A stretch of 64,000 bases of DNA from Mytilus californianus (lineage: Eukaryota): assembly GCF_021869535.1 (NCBI RefSeq), contig NW_026262745.1, forward strand, positions 18,166,001-18,230,000, written 5' to 3'. Positions 11,841 to 24,013 of the stretch are shown here, in pieces; position 1 is the first letter of the stretch; the number at the start of each line of letters is the position of its first letter. A program made the translations under genes and the position numbers. The notes under the pieces are model-generated. The model ran no database searches. It was given only the letters and a program-made list of their open reading frames with translations, and was not told the origin of the DNA.

Positions 11841-14539
11841 ATTTATTGAATTCCGCTTACTTAAAAATTACAATTGACATGTTTAATGTTTAGAAAAAAC
11901 ATATTTTGATAACAATGTAATTCTTCAATAATTCGATGTAATTGAGTCGGAGTTTAGATGATTTACGATACATATGCATGTCTGTCAAACATTTGCATTA
12001 ATAATAGTTTTATACTACTTCAACATGATAATAGAACATCCGTCACGGTCTTCTATTTTCTACTTTTGAGATGATTTCAGCGCAAAGAAAACTCGTATAT
12101 ATACCATATTTTCATTTAACTTTATTTCATTACGTGTAAAGATATTCTACTAAAAAGTAGTAAGATATGTAAACTAGAACTATTTTTGTATGTACATGTA
12201 TTTAACCTAGAGTTAGTTTTCTTCGTGTTGTTTGTTTAACTTCACAAATTTTAAATAAACTGTTTTGCAATAAAACAGTTTAGCATTCTTTTGAAGAAAA
12301 TCAAACCTGTTAAATAAAGACGAAAAATATATAAAGATATATCTTATCAAATAAAATAGAATGTCAATATATATATAATACGCGTGTCATATTTTTTCTA
12401 CTTTGCTAAGTCCTTATGCTAACATTCCTTTACTTACTGATGACGTTAATATTGTCACCGGGGAGATTGGAGGCTGGACAGATTGTGGAACAAGAGCCTG
12501 AATGAGTGGCTGCAAGTTACTGCATTGTGTGATGCCCCTGACAACACAATAGATGAATACCCTGAATGGCAATGACAGGCTGGGTGACTGACTGAGTCGG
12601 TTGTTTGGAACTTTGAATATGAAACTCTGGTTCAAACTACAAAATGTACCACCTGCAACTCTGGAACACGCGATGTATAATTCAATTATTCAGCATGGAA
12701 TACTTTTGTTATGGATGGATTGTGTTAATTGTAAAGTCTATAAAGTGTACACCTATAATTAATTTGACATGAATACACGTAACATCTGACTATTAAATTG
12801 AGTGATATTGTTCAATGTCAATATTTTACTACTTTTAAAACTTGGAAGAATAGATTTAAATTGATAATCTGATAACAACTAAAACATATAATATCAAATC
12901 ATTTTAGTTTAAAGTCCTGGATATGAAATACACGAAAATAAAGTATGAAATAAATTATTAAACACAGTGAATTGAAGTCTAAAATATCAAAATTGTAAAT
13001 TGTATATGCTCGGTCACAATATGTTGACTTTCTGGTATGGGAAATATAATTTCAGGATTGCTTTATGCGCGTTTGCAGCAGCAACATTAAAAACGTTCTG
13101 AGCATTTTCATAACCAATAATAAAATAGCAAGGATTTCGATAGCATTACTTTACCACAACTTTAACCACAAATATTGAGAAGACTTGTCATGAAAGAATG
13201 GTTCCTTTTGTCCGTATTTAATTCAGGAAGGCGCATTTTTTTCGTTCAGTGTCAATGCTTATACCACCAGCAAAGCAAACAAGACGCTCATACTAATCTT
13301 TTGGATCGTTCTCTTAGCCTAGCCTAGTACATACATTTCTTGACAAAGTTACAAGTAGACAAGTGGTGTTCAATATTGGTGTCCTGTCTTTTTGTTAGGA
13401 ATCATATTTTGTAATCTCAACACAAATGACTAGTAGTTTTAATTTTACGCTATTTATTTGCCTTCTGTTATTCCACTGATGAAAAGGGGTTTCCAATCTA
13501 AGTAAAAAAAAAGAAAAAAAAAACTAGTTCAACCCCGTTCATGTGCCCAACATCATGGACCTCGTCAAAAGTGGTCTTAATTCATATCTTGTATGTTTTT
13601 TGTCAATAAGGAAAATTGATATTCATAGAAGATCTTACTCATTGATAGTCTCTTATAATTAAATGCATATTTTAGACCCCAAGACGACAACACATGTCTT
13701 TTACAGACAGTTTAATTAAAACGACTTTCAGTGTTTTTCGTGTCATTTGGTTGACATATTGGCGTTTACCCAACATCTCCTTTTTATTCGTGCTTAGAAA
13801 TATGATAAATGTTTAGTTTCCTGTTTCTTTTCTTCATGTTGAACTGGATGTTATAGTGTTAGAAAGCATGATTTCAACGTTAATAGATCACGTACTTTCA
13901 GTAACTGCACATGTGATCTTTCGGAGTTAAAAAACTGTTATTCTTTAATGATAATTCACAGATGAATGTTGAATGTATCACTTAAAAAAAATCGAGACAC
14001 TTAACTATAGGAAAAACAACAACGATACACTGGCTCCTTAACGGATGGTTCCTTTAGGGACTGATAGTCCATCAGCAGAGGTTTCGGCCCTTTGGTAAAG
14101 GTAGAAAAAGACACTCAAATAAGCAAGAACAGAACATTCAAAGTCTAATGTTAGCTTTGTCCAAGCTCGCAAGTAGTGACTAAGACCTCAAGATGCAGAT
14201 AAGATACATGTACATGTATACACTGTCACTGTACTAATTCAATTGTCAGAGTAAAGAATGCAAATTAAATAAGAACGAACGAACATTTATTCCGTTTCGC
14301 CTTCATTATCAATTCCATATTTTGAGATATTGTTTTTTCTATTTACTAAATGAAATTATGATAATTCTATCGTTCATCTTAGATATGAGACATTTGCATA
14401 TCCATTGTAATTTTGTATGGATTATACAAATATATTATATTTACATTTTTGATGTGCATCGCAGACACTTGTTTTACTGCCATTATTGATTACTGAATCC
14501 AAGTTCAGAAAAACGTCACTATAGCAACACTTTCCAAAA

Positions 14540-16021
14540 TTAGAATCTTGTTTCACTATTTCGTTTTGACTTTGTAGTTTTGAAAGTTGAAAAAGTTTTC
14601 ATTTCATTTTTATCTTGTTTCTTAATATCAGAATCTTCAATACCAACACTTCTTTTTCTTTGAGGGAATACGAACTCGTCCATCTTGTTCATCGTATTTT
14701 TCAAGACTTTCCGCACCTTTTGAGTTCTTGTTCTCACATTATCTGGTACAGTTTGGTAAGCTGCGTCTCTAAAAACTTTATTATGACTAAGATAAATTAT
14801 AGGTTTCATAACATACGTCATATGAGTGATTGGTACGACCATAGAATACCATCCACCCCACATCGAAAAAGAGGCGTACGCATCCAGGTAGCAAACAATG
14901 ACGTATGGAATCCACATTACCAAGGCAACACCCCACATGATTACATAAGTCACAGTCAAGTGAATGTCCATATGCTCCTCAGATTTTTCATAAACGTGTT
15001 CTATCAATGTAGCATGATCAGCATTCGTTTTTTCGTTCGATAAAGGTAATGGGAACAGTTCACCCTGTATCTCGGCTTCCGATCGAGATGTTGTTGACCC
15101 TGGTAAGTCGCAATTCTGTATCATCTCGGTACTCAAAACTTCAATTTCCGGGGCAATTTCCAGTCTTGAACTAGTCGTATCGATGTGTGATATGGATAAA
15201 GCTTCGGTGGTTTCCCTTGAAAGTCTGCAAGTATTTTCTTTTTCAATTATTAGTTCATGATTATTATTTATCACTTCACCCCTACCAAATTTATTTATTC
15301 TTTTGCTAGCTACATCTACTTCCGTCTGTAGTTCTGAAAGCATATTTAGAATATTTTCCCGTTTTCTTCCAATAAGAACAAGAAAAGCAATAGATAAACC
15401 AGATGGAATATAAATAGCAAATATAAATAATAGATTCATACCTATTATATTGTCGGTATGTTTGATATTGCAGAGATGTTCGTACGAAATATACTCCAAG
15501 ACACCCCATCCAGTTAATGGTAGTATTCCGACAAACAGAAACACAGCCCACAAACAAACAATGATAGTTATTGAAAATTTGTTTCTGCCTAGTGTTTTGT
15601 CATAAAGATCAGAGCCCGAAATCTTCATCCAACGTTCTATGAATATTATCAGCTGTAGATAAAATGTCATTAACAAACACCCTGTTACCAAATCGCCGCT
15701 TACGATGCACACAAATTCGGATAATATCCAATCCTTCGCAAAAGAGACAATCAGTGATGGGAATAAAATGAAGAAATATGCAACGAAGTCTAGAACTATG
15801 AGGCTTATTAAATATATCCGTCCTGAGGATATTTCTAGTCGTTTTCTTCTTATAGCATGCACTAAAACAGAATTCAGTATTATTCCTATGATCAAAATTA
15901 GGAGAATTGTAACTCCAACAACTACAGGGAAAACATCATTTTCTAGCCAACGATAAAATGGTGATGTTAATGCTTGAAAGGGATCGGAACTTCCTGATAT
16001 ACCAGACGAATTACTTGACAT
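14540..16021 (-). CDS. Intronless class A (rhodopsin-like) GPCR, opsin-like but lacking the K296 equivalent; ~493 aa from ATG at 16021
   Basis: Seven hydrophobic segments, N-terminal NSS sequon, TM3 Cys (EFVC) paired with ECL2 GWG...C, ERW at the DRY position, long ICL3, TM7 KPIIY + NKVFR helix 8. The track start at 16057 is TTG. Confidence 0.88.
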   Translation of the reverse strand: MSSNSSGISGSSDPFQALTSPFYRWLENDVFPVVVGVTILLILIIGIILNSVLVHAIRRKRLEISSGRIYLISLIVLDFVAYFFILFPSLIVSFAKDWILSEFVCIVSGDLVTGCLLMTFYLQLIIFIERWMKISGSDLYDKTLGRNKFSITIIVCLWAVFLFVGILPLTGWGVLEYISYEHLCNIKHTDNIIGMNLLFIFAIYIPSGLSIAFLVLIGRKRENILNMLSELQTEVDVASKRINKFGRGEVINNNHELIIEKENTCRLSRETTEALSISHIDTTSSRLEIAPEIEVLSTEMIQNCDLPGSTTSRSEAEIQGELFPLPLSNEKTNADHATLIEHVYEKSEEHMDIHLTVTYVIMWGVALVMWIPYVIVCYLDAYASFSMWGGWYSMVVPITHMTYVMKPIIYLSHNKVFRDAAYQTVPDNVRTRTQKVRKVLKNTMNKMDEFVFPQRKRSVGIEDSDIKKQDKNEMKTFSTFKTTKSKRNSETRF

Positions 16022-16709
16022 TTTTGTTACCTTCAATCGGAATATATTCCTCCTCAAAATTTGAACATGATGATAAAACGGACATCCAGAATAATTTTTA
16101 GTTGCAATTTACATACACACACATATAAAACGTAAATAATTCCCTTACATTTACAAGTATGGATCGAAATTGCACAATCATGTCAGACTGGTTTAAACAC
16201 CCCAAATTAGCGATCTTTGTGTAAAATATTGTAATAAATACCCACGGAGATAAGTATCCATAATACGGCGTACTTATTTATTTTGACAATTAAGTTCCGG
16301 ATAATTCTAAAGATAAACAAACTGGCAACTTATATTAGTGTCATAAAACACGGCTATATAACTTAACTTTTATAATTATTTATTTCAAATAGGTTATAGA
16401 TATGTCAACCTTGTAAAAAATCATAAATTGATTTTTTTGTCTGTCACATTGGGAAAGTTTAAAGTCGTGGTTTAAAAAAGAGATATTTTAGAATCCGAGT
16501 GACGTTTATACTACAGTACAAGTTGGAATTCAATAGAACCAAGGATTCTCCTAATTTATAAGTACCCATTGAAATTGAATTATCTATTAGTAGAAAATAT
16601 AATTCTGATTGATACTAAGTAAAATGCAGATTATGAGTAAAAATCAGAATTCCAATATCTACTTGTAGAAATTGTAATATCAATATTTTGACTACATTGT
16701 AGGAGGATC

Positions 16710-16841
16710 CTGGGCCCGTATGCATAAAGCTACTTAAGTTAAGATTTGTTCCGAACGGACAGATTTTTCTACATGTCCTACGACAAATTAGTACTACGAT
16801 TGGATATCTTAACTTAAGAGGTTTTATGCATATCGTACTAA
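16710..16841. mobile_element. Short MITE (Harbinger-like)
   Basis: Inverted arms atgcataaagctacttaagttaagat / atcttaacttaagaggttttatgcat; left end gggcccgt. Confidence 0.55.
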
Positions 16842-18329
16842 GTTATTGATAGGTTCCTGGATATCAATCATAACAGTAAAATCGACACTGTACGCCTTTT
16901 AGCAAAGTGACGGAAACAAAGACATACTCGAAGACTTTATTTTGGATAAATTTAAAAGGTTATTATTTTTTCATTTGGTTATAAAGAAGGTAAAAAGTGG
17001 TATTTACTTCTTCTCAAGCAAGCACGCAGCGTTCTAGATTAACAACGGCGGCAATCGGCTCAAAGTCGAAATAACGTGTCTGGATATGCTAATCCGTCTA
17101 CAGGTGTGAACTAAGACTTAGTGAGCTATATAATAATAAGAAAAGGTAGTATGATTGTCAAATGCCGTAGATTTATGCAACTAAAAACCATGCAAAGTGC
17201 GACTTACTACAATGAAAAAAAAACAAAACATGCCGTACATGTGCAGTTAGCGATAAAAGGTCCCGACATGATCAAATGTAAATAATTCATACGAGAACAG
17301 CAACGAACTGATTTATTGTCAAAACATTTAACGAAAAAAGATATAAAAAAAAATATTATATAAACATCAGGTTCAACCAAATGAACCAATTCCTTCAAAA
17401 ATTCCGATTTTGCGTGACAGTTTAGTACAACTAAGACTCATTTTCTGCGGTATTATTATCTTCCAGATTACACGAATTATATTTTCCATTGCACGATATG
17501 CAGCCTTCTATATAATTACGCAATAAAAAAAACTACAATTATGTTTAGCAGAAACCTTTTAAAAAAGTTTTATGAATGTTTCTATCTCGTATGAAAAGTT
17601 TTTAAGCCATTGTGTCATAAATGGTATGAGGTCTATCGGGTAAAATGCGTATACAAACAGCATACAGTCAATGCATAATGATTTCGGAATTTTCAATGCA
17701 GTAAAAACTCAATTTCAGTAATTCTCTGCGTTCCTTGGTTGTAGCAAGGCTGTTAATCATATCTGCTCATTAATTGTCATTAGATCTAAAAAAAAAAACA
17801 GTTTTTCTCTCAGTTTTAGCAGTGTTTGTTAATCCAAAGCTTAAAGTCCCGTCGTAGTATGTAAAACAATTCAAAAATATTAATACTGATACCTGACATA
17901 CAAATGCTTTGGGAACATCTCATGGATATTATTTTATAGATTTATTATGACTTTCTAGTTTTCAAATTCAAATGTCTAAATGTAGCCCTATCATGCGTTC
18001 TCTTTTCTCGCAATTGAAAAGAGCTAAAATTCAGAATTAATATCATACCTTAGAATGCAATCCATGTACTTCAGGATTTGACGGATTTTTAAACGATTTA
18101 AAGAAATACATAAAACTGTATATTACAATTGGTTTCTAACATTGTATATGTTAACATCATGGTTAATCACCTTTTGATAATAATTAGCTCCAAATTGCAA
18201 TGAAGTTGTGCACGGTGTTGATACAAATCCCATTTTGCTTTATATTTTCATAAATTTAAATCTTAATAATGTTAAGAATTGCAATAGATATTGCATTCCG
18301 TGTGCATGTACCAACTTGTACTTTAAAAT

Positions 18330-18334
<5 letters not shown>

Positions 18335-18378
<44 letters not shown>
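18335..18378. repeat. (TC)22 microsatellite
   Basis: Direct reading. Confidence 0.97.
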
Positions 18379-18382
<4 letters not shown>

Positions 18383-19250
18383 TTTTTGTTATATGTATTG
18401 GCATGTTAAAGCAAAATCAACATAACTGAAAGCGTATAAACCGAAAATCTGAGACAAATAATATGTATAGTGTAAAAATGACAATTACTCCTATTCCTGG
18501 CTCATGATATCTTCTTGGTCGGAATAGGAGTATAGCCACTACCGCAATCATGTTAGGAAAAGATTTAGGACACTATTGAAAATAATTAAGATTAAGAATA
18601 GAACACATAAAGTTAAAGTTAAATTCTATATTTCTGCTTTGATTAACACATTCAAGTATACATAAGATGGTTTAATTATACATGTAGTTTCATTCATTAT
18701 TATAGGGATATGAAATAACAAGAAGCTATTCATTTCGATACATATTATTTGTACAAATAACATAATTTTTCTTTGGCACTAAATGATAAACAAATGTATA
18801 AAATCAAGAAGCCGTTTGTTGGTGTGCCTGACAGAGGCAGAACGTATAGATTAGGTAACAGATAACATGAAGCTTAAACCATGTTAAACAAGTAAGTAAG
18901 ATGTCCGCCAAGAAGTACGCAGCATTTCGAATTATTGTCAAAACGCACTTAAGCTTCATCCTCATTAATACTTAGGAATACATGTATACATCGTTTGCAA
19001 AGGAAAACTCAAGTTCGGCTGGGAGCGAGAGTGTCGGGTATCAATGGGGACTATATTAGCAAATTACGCCTTTTACCTGGCATCTTTGCATTAACCATTA
19101 AATTGAGTGGTACTGTCTTTTCTATTTGAAAAGGTAAGCGAGATCTATTTATCTCTAATATACATTGGAATTACTAAAAGCAGGAAATTAATTGTAAATT
19201 AATAAGAAAGAAACTATTTTCATTATGTAATTTGGTAAATGCAAATATAA

Positions 19251-19830
19251 AGGAGTAGGTCCGGTAAGGGCCGATTTTGGCCTCAAAATTCAGGTTCATC
19301 TGATAAAAGATTTTGGACACTTTTTAAACACTTAAGTGTCTACTTCAGTCGATTCAATTAGTTTATGTGAAAGATTTGAACTGATTTAGTCATTTAAGAC
19401 TCTCAAATTCAAGCTTAAATATGAAAAATCTATCAAATATGCCATAATATGTCACTTTTCAGATGGTTTTTGTCAAAAATGAAAGTGGCCGCATCCGTGT
19501 TCATTCTCAACCTTTATATATGTTATGTATTATCATCAAATACAACTTACATTTAAATATTAAGAATGAACACAAATGCGGCCACTTCCATTTTAGACGG
19601 AAACCGTCTAAAAATTAACCAAAATGCTAAAATTTCGAAGATTTCAGTAATTTAGCATGACTTAATGATGCTAGTACCCGATACATGAGTATTGTATTGT
19701 CAAAAACAGCCCATATTTATGTAACAGAAGTATTCTTCTTTCCAATAAATAGCTAAAAATTTACATTTTAACAATTTTGTAAAACTGCTATATTTTGGGG
19801 CCATAAAGGGGTTATACTGGGCCTACTCCT
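19251..19830. mobile_element. Non-autonomous TIR element (Kolobok-like AGG...CCT termini)
   Basis: aggagtaggtccggta / tactgggcctactcct TIRs, flanks ATAA and TTAT (each one change from TTAA), internal inverted repeat (aaagtggccgcat...gaacac / atgcggccactt). Confidence 0.65.
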
Positions 19831-20547
19831 TTATTTTAAAGTACAATAAATTGGCAATTACTCAATTTAATCCTTAATTTGATAATAAAACATCTTTTTA
19901 ATTTCTATTCCAATAATTCAATTATATTTAAGGAATGACTGTAATTTGTTTTCCGTCTATGAAGAAATAACATAAAAAATGTGGTGTACACTGAATAACC
20001 CGCTTAGCTTCGCTGCCAAGCCAGTCCAAAACAACTAGATGTAGCCCCCACGAGAGGTCCACAACTACCACAATAGTTCCAACAAAAACAATCACATAGT
20101 TCCGTCACAACAATGACCTCACACATTATAGTCGAACTCATATTGTCACAACGAAGAAAACGGTTTTTACCGAATGTATACCAAACATGCACGGTTATAT
20201 CATAGACAATTAAAAAAAAATGGGTAGGAGAATTAAAAGAAGAGAAGGGGAATGGGATAGAGAAAGGGGAAAGAGAAAGAAGGAAAGAGTGCTAGAAATA
20301 AGACTAATTGGTTGATTGCTACAGTAGGAAGGTCCTGTAATAGGGGGTTGACCATGATGATGTCGGAAAATTCGGAATGCATATGAAAAATGAGGGTATT
20401 TTGGATATGAACAAAACCTTCGCATTGAAACTCTCCACCTGCGGACCCCTAAATAAAGTTGTTGCAAAGGTTCTTTAACGTCCCCATTCTAACCGGACGT
20501 GGCTACGAATACAAACATCCCACACACTCATCTCTCACTTTTGAAAA

Positions 20548-20706
20548 AGAGGGACGAAAGATACCAGAGGGTCAGTCAAACTCATAGATCGAAAACAAAC
20601 TGACAACGCCATGGCCAAAAATAAAAAGACAAACAGACAAATAATAGTACAGATGACACAACATAGAAAACTAAAGACTAAGCAACACGAACCCCACCAA
20701 AAACTG
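20548..20706 (-). repeat. 3' end of Penelope-like family B (abundant dispersed repeat)
   Basis: aaagaggggacgaaagataccagaggg...cacgaaccccaccaaaaactg. The same sequence occurs at 24964-25360 and in the 32-38 kb array, where it is contiguous with RT coding sequence. Confidence 0.7.
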
Positions 20707-22084
20707 AAAGTGTTATACTGTCGGTTGCTAAAAATTAAAAGATGTGGAAGATATAAAAGAATTTCAAAGTTAAACCGTGTTCATGCCTTTATTCTAATCC
20801 ACATGCATTCGTAAATACTTTGCAAAATAATTGTAGAGAGCTGTTAATAGGATAACTCAATAAATTAGATAATGTTGTACATTGTTACACCGTGGTGTCT
20901 AAATTAAGATTAAAAAGTCGTTTATTTAAACACAATTTTCACATGCATCAAGGGTTGGGTCGAAAACCTGCCACATACAATGCACATGTACCTAATATAT
21001 TCTTGACAGAGAAAAGGAAGTTCACTCCGTATGTTTACAAGAATAAATGTTGAATAAACAGTTGTACTATAATAGTAATAGAAAAGTCGACTGACTTTCG
21101 CTAAATGCAGTGAATTCACAGCTTATTGTAGCTAGTTACGTATATATAACTATGTGAATTACTGCAATGTACTTGTACACAAGACAGACTTAATACTCTT
21201 AGAATGAAAATTTTAGATGTGAGAACAAGTATTACCATAAATGTGCTCACGAATATTTTTAAGTTAATAGAAAAACAGCTGCAAGACCGTATTTCAATAT
21301 CAATAAATAATCTTTAAAAACGCAAACAAATGCAAGAGTTCGATACATTCAGAACTTCACTATCAGGTTAATTGAAATCTAAAATCTATTTTTTATTGGT
21401 GATAAAATAAAGTAAAAAAGGGAAACGCCAAGCAGAGATAAATTTTTATGATAGATGGTGTAATAATGCTTAAACTTAATTCATAAAACTCATATTTTCT
21501 AGGGAGAATTATTTCCATTTTTGATTTAGATCAGTTTCCGCTACTTCCATATTGACCATGCATATTCAGGACGAGACCAATAATGTTAAAGGGATATGAA
21601 TATGAATCAACGTGCAAGTTCAGAAGGTAACATTCCGCAGAAAGTCATGTGTGCTATAAACAGTTTCATATAAAACTCTAGATAAAATATCATTGGAGGG
21701 AAATCCTTTTAATTTCTGAATTTACAGTATTTCATAATTGGTAAAAGGTATCTTTTTTTTTGGATTTGATAGGAAGAATTATTTAGTTAGCTTTCAATTA
21801 AAACAAGTTTAAATATCAAAATAATTTAAAAAATTATAATCGGTATACTAGTACTTGTTTTGTCGTTTACATGACGTTAATCCATACTCGATCTTTCTGT
21901 ACCTTTAGAACTAACAGATACCTTTAAGAAATATATTACATGCATGTGGTCTTTAATCGTGTATGAAAAACAGAGATATAGATACGTGCATATACCAATG
22001 AGACAGCAACCGATAAATAAAAAAAATAAATCAGAAGAGACATTAATGTCAACAAACAATTTATGATTGTCAACAATGAGACAA

Positions 22085-23120
22085 TTTTTGTCTCGCCTGC
22101 GACTTCTGTCGCAGAAAGCGAGACATAGGGATAGTGATCCGGTGGTGGCGGCGGTGGTGGCGTTAACTAGTAACATTAAAGCTTAATATTTCAGGAGGCG
22201 AAGACCTGGATGCTTCATAATTTGTATATAGATGCCTTATGTTACGACGTTTCCGTCTGTCATATGTCATATGCCCATTGTCCATTGTCATTTGCATCAT
22301 TTTCATGATTCAATGAATACTTGAAAGAAATGTTAAGGTTTTTTGTAATGTTAATTTTTCTCTTAATATGAGTAATATGATAATTATATTTTGTATGTGT
22401 GTACTTTGCATGGACCTCATGCCTGTCAGACAGTTTTCACTTAAACTCAGCCTCATTTCATGGATCAGTAAAGAAGGTATAATAAGTTCTCGTGGACAAA
22501 TCCACATCTGAGATACTATAAATAATTATAGGTCTAAGTTATATTTGGTGTATGTGATGATTGTAAGGTGTACATGTTTAACTGGCAGTTTCACCTGACC
22601 TTGACCTCATTATCATGGTTTATAGGACAATGTTTAGTTTTTGTGGTTTGGTCTATTTCTCAGATATTATAAGCGATAGGTCAATTATATTTGGTGTATG
22701 GAACGATTGTCGGGTGAACATGTCTGTTTGGCAGGTTTTATATGACCTTGACCTCATTTTTATGTTTTATAGGTCAATGATAATTTTTCGTAATTTTGCC
22801 AGTTTATCAGATACTGTAAGCAAAAGGTCAACTATATTTGTTGTATGGAATGATTGCAAGGTGTACCTGTCTATCTGGTAGGGTTCATATGACGTTAACC
22901 TCATTTTCATGGTTCATTGGTCAATTTGGTTTGATCTGTTTATCAGGCTATTAGCGATAAGACCACTATATTTGGTGTATGGAGTGATTGTAAGGTGTTC
23001 ATGTCTGTCTAGTATGATTCAACAGACCGTGACCTCATTTTCATAGAACATTGATAATGTTAAGATTATGTGATACCTGTACACTTTCATATTACAGACT
23101 TTCAACATGAAATCAACGAT
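22085..23120 (+). mobile_element. Helentron-associated (HINE/pearl-like) element with internal ~140-bp tandem cores
   Basis: 5' hairpin gtctcgc...gcgagac, (GGC/GGT)n microsatellite, core repeats ttgacctcatt at 22601, 22748, 22895 and 23029. Confidence 0.7.
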
Positions 23121-23409
23121 AGAAATTCGTAGATCGATATAAGAAGATGTGGTATGAGTGCCAATGAGACAAATCTCCATCCATTTCAAAATTTATAAAA
23201 GTAAACCATTAGAGTCTGAATTAAAATAGAGATTTTTCAACTTTGAATGATCTCATTTACACGATATATTATTTGGAAACATGTTTCAAATATCCATTTT
23301 CGATATTCACATGCGTATTTACGTTTTCGATCCATGCCGAAAATCGTTGTAATTCCAAATTATTTATTTCACATTTACATACTTCTTACCCAAGGAGGTT
23401 ATATGATAT

Positions 23410-23672
23410 AAATAAGAAGATGTGGTATGAGTGCAAATGAGAAAACTCTCCATCCAAGTCACAATGTATAAATAGTTAACAATTATAGGTCAAAGTACGA
23501 CCTTCAACATGGAGTCCTGGCTCACACCGAACAGCAAGCTATAAAGGGCCCAGAAATGACTAGTGTAAAACAATTTAAACAGGAAAACCAACGGCCTAAT
23601 CTATATAAAAAACGAGAGACGAGAAACACATATGAACCACACCAACAAGCGACAAACACTGAACAACAGGCT
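23410..23672 (-). repeat. 5'-truncated 3' end of the Naiad-type Penelope-like family (family A)
   Basis: Matches 44260-44520 (aagaagatgtggtatg...caggctcct). Further copies at ~6585-6850, 23135-23215, 25995-26200, 42095-42480, 55115-55300 and 55930-56185. Confidence 0.7.
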
Positions 23673-24013
23673 CCTATGAGACCATATGATGATATATGAT
23701 GAGATGATATTATATAAATTCCTTGATTTTACCTTACAAGTCTTATTTCTCATTCGAGAAGCTAGTGATTTCCTGCTAAAATTATATACAAAAAGAAATC
23801 ATTTCGAATGTATGCCTTAGTTTGATAAGCCAGTTTGTAGAATCTTTTACAAGCAATGTGGATTACAATGAGACCAATATTTTGACCGGATATAGGGAAA
23901 TCTATAAGTTACGAACAAGCTTCTTCTGATATTTAAAATTTCGATAAAACTAACAGATAAAATAGACCGTGGGTTCACATTACTCTCATGTCATTAGTTT
24001 AAGCCTTTATATA

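Noticed and set aside
14555-14760. TM7 lysine of the GPCR as an opsin Schiff-base lysine
   Set aside because: The Lys is immediately before Pro (NPxxY Asn position), six residues C-terminal of the K296 equivalent, which is His.
14615-15956. Short ORFs overlapping the GPCR (14615-15043, 15306-15557, 15705-15956)
   Set aside because: Antisense or alternate-frame shadows of the 493-aa GPCR.
18208-18429. ORF with SLSLSL repeat
   Set aside because: Translation of the (TC)n microsatellite.
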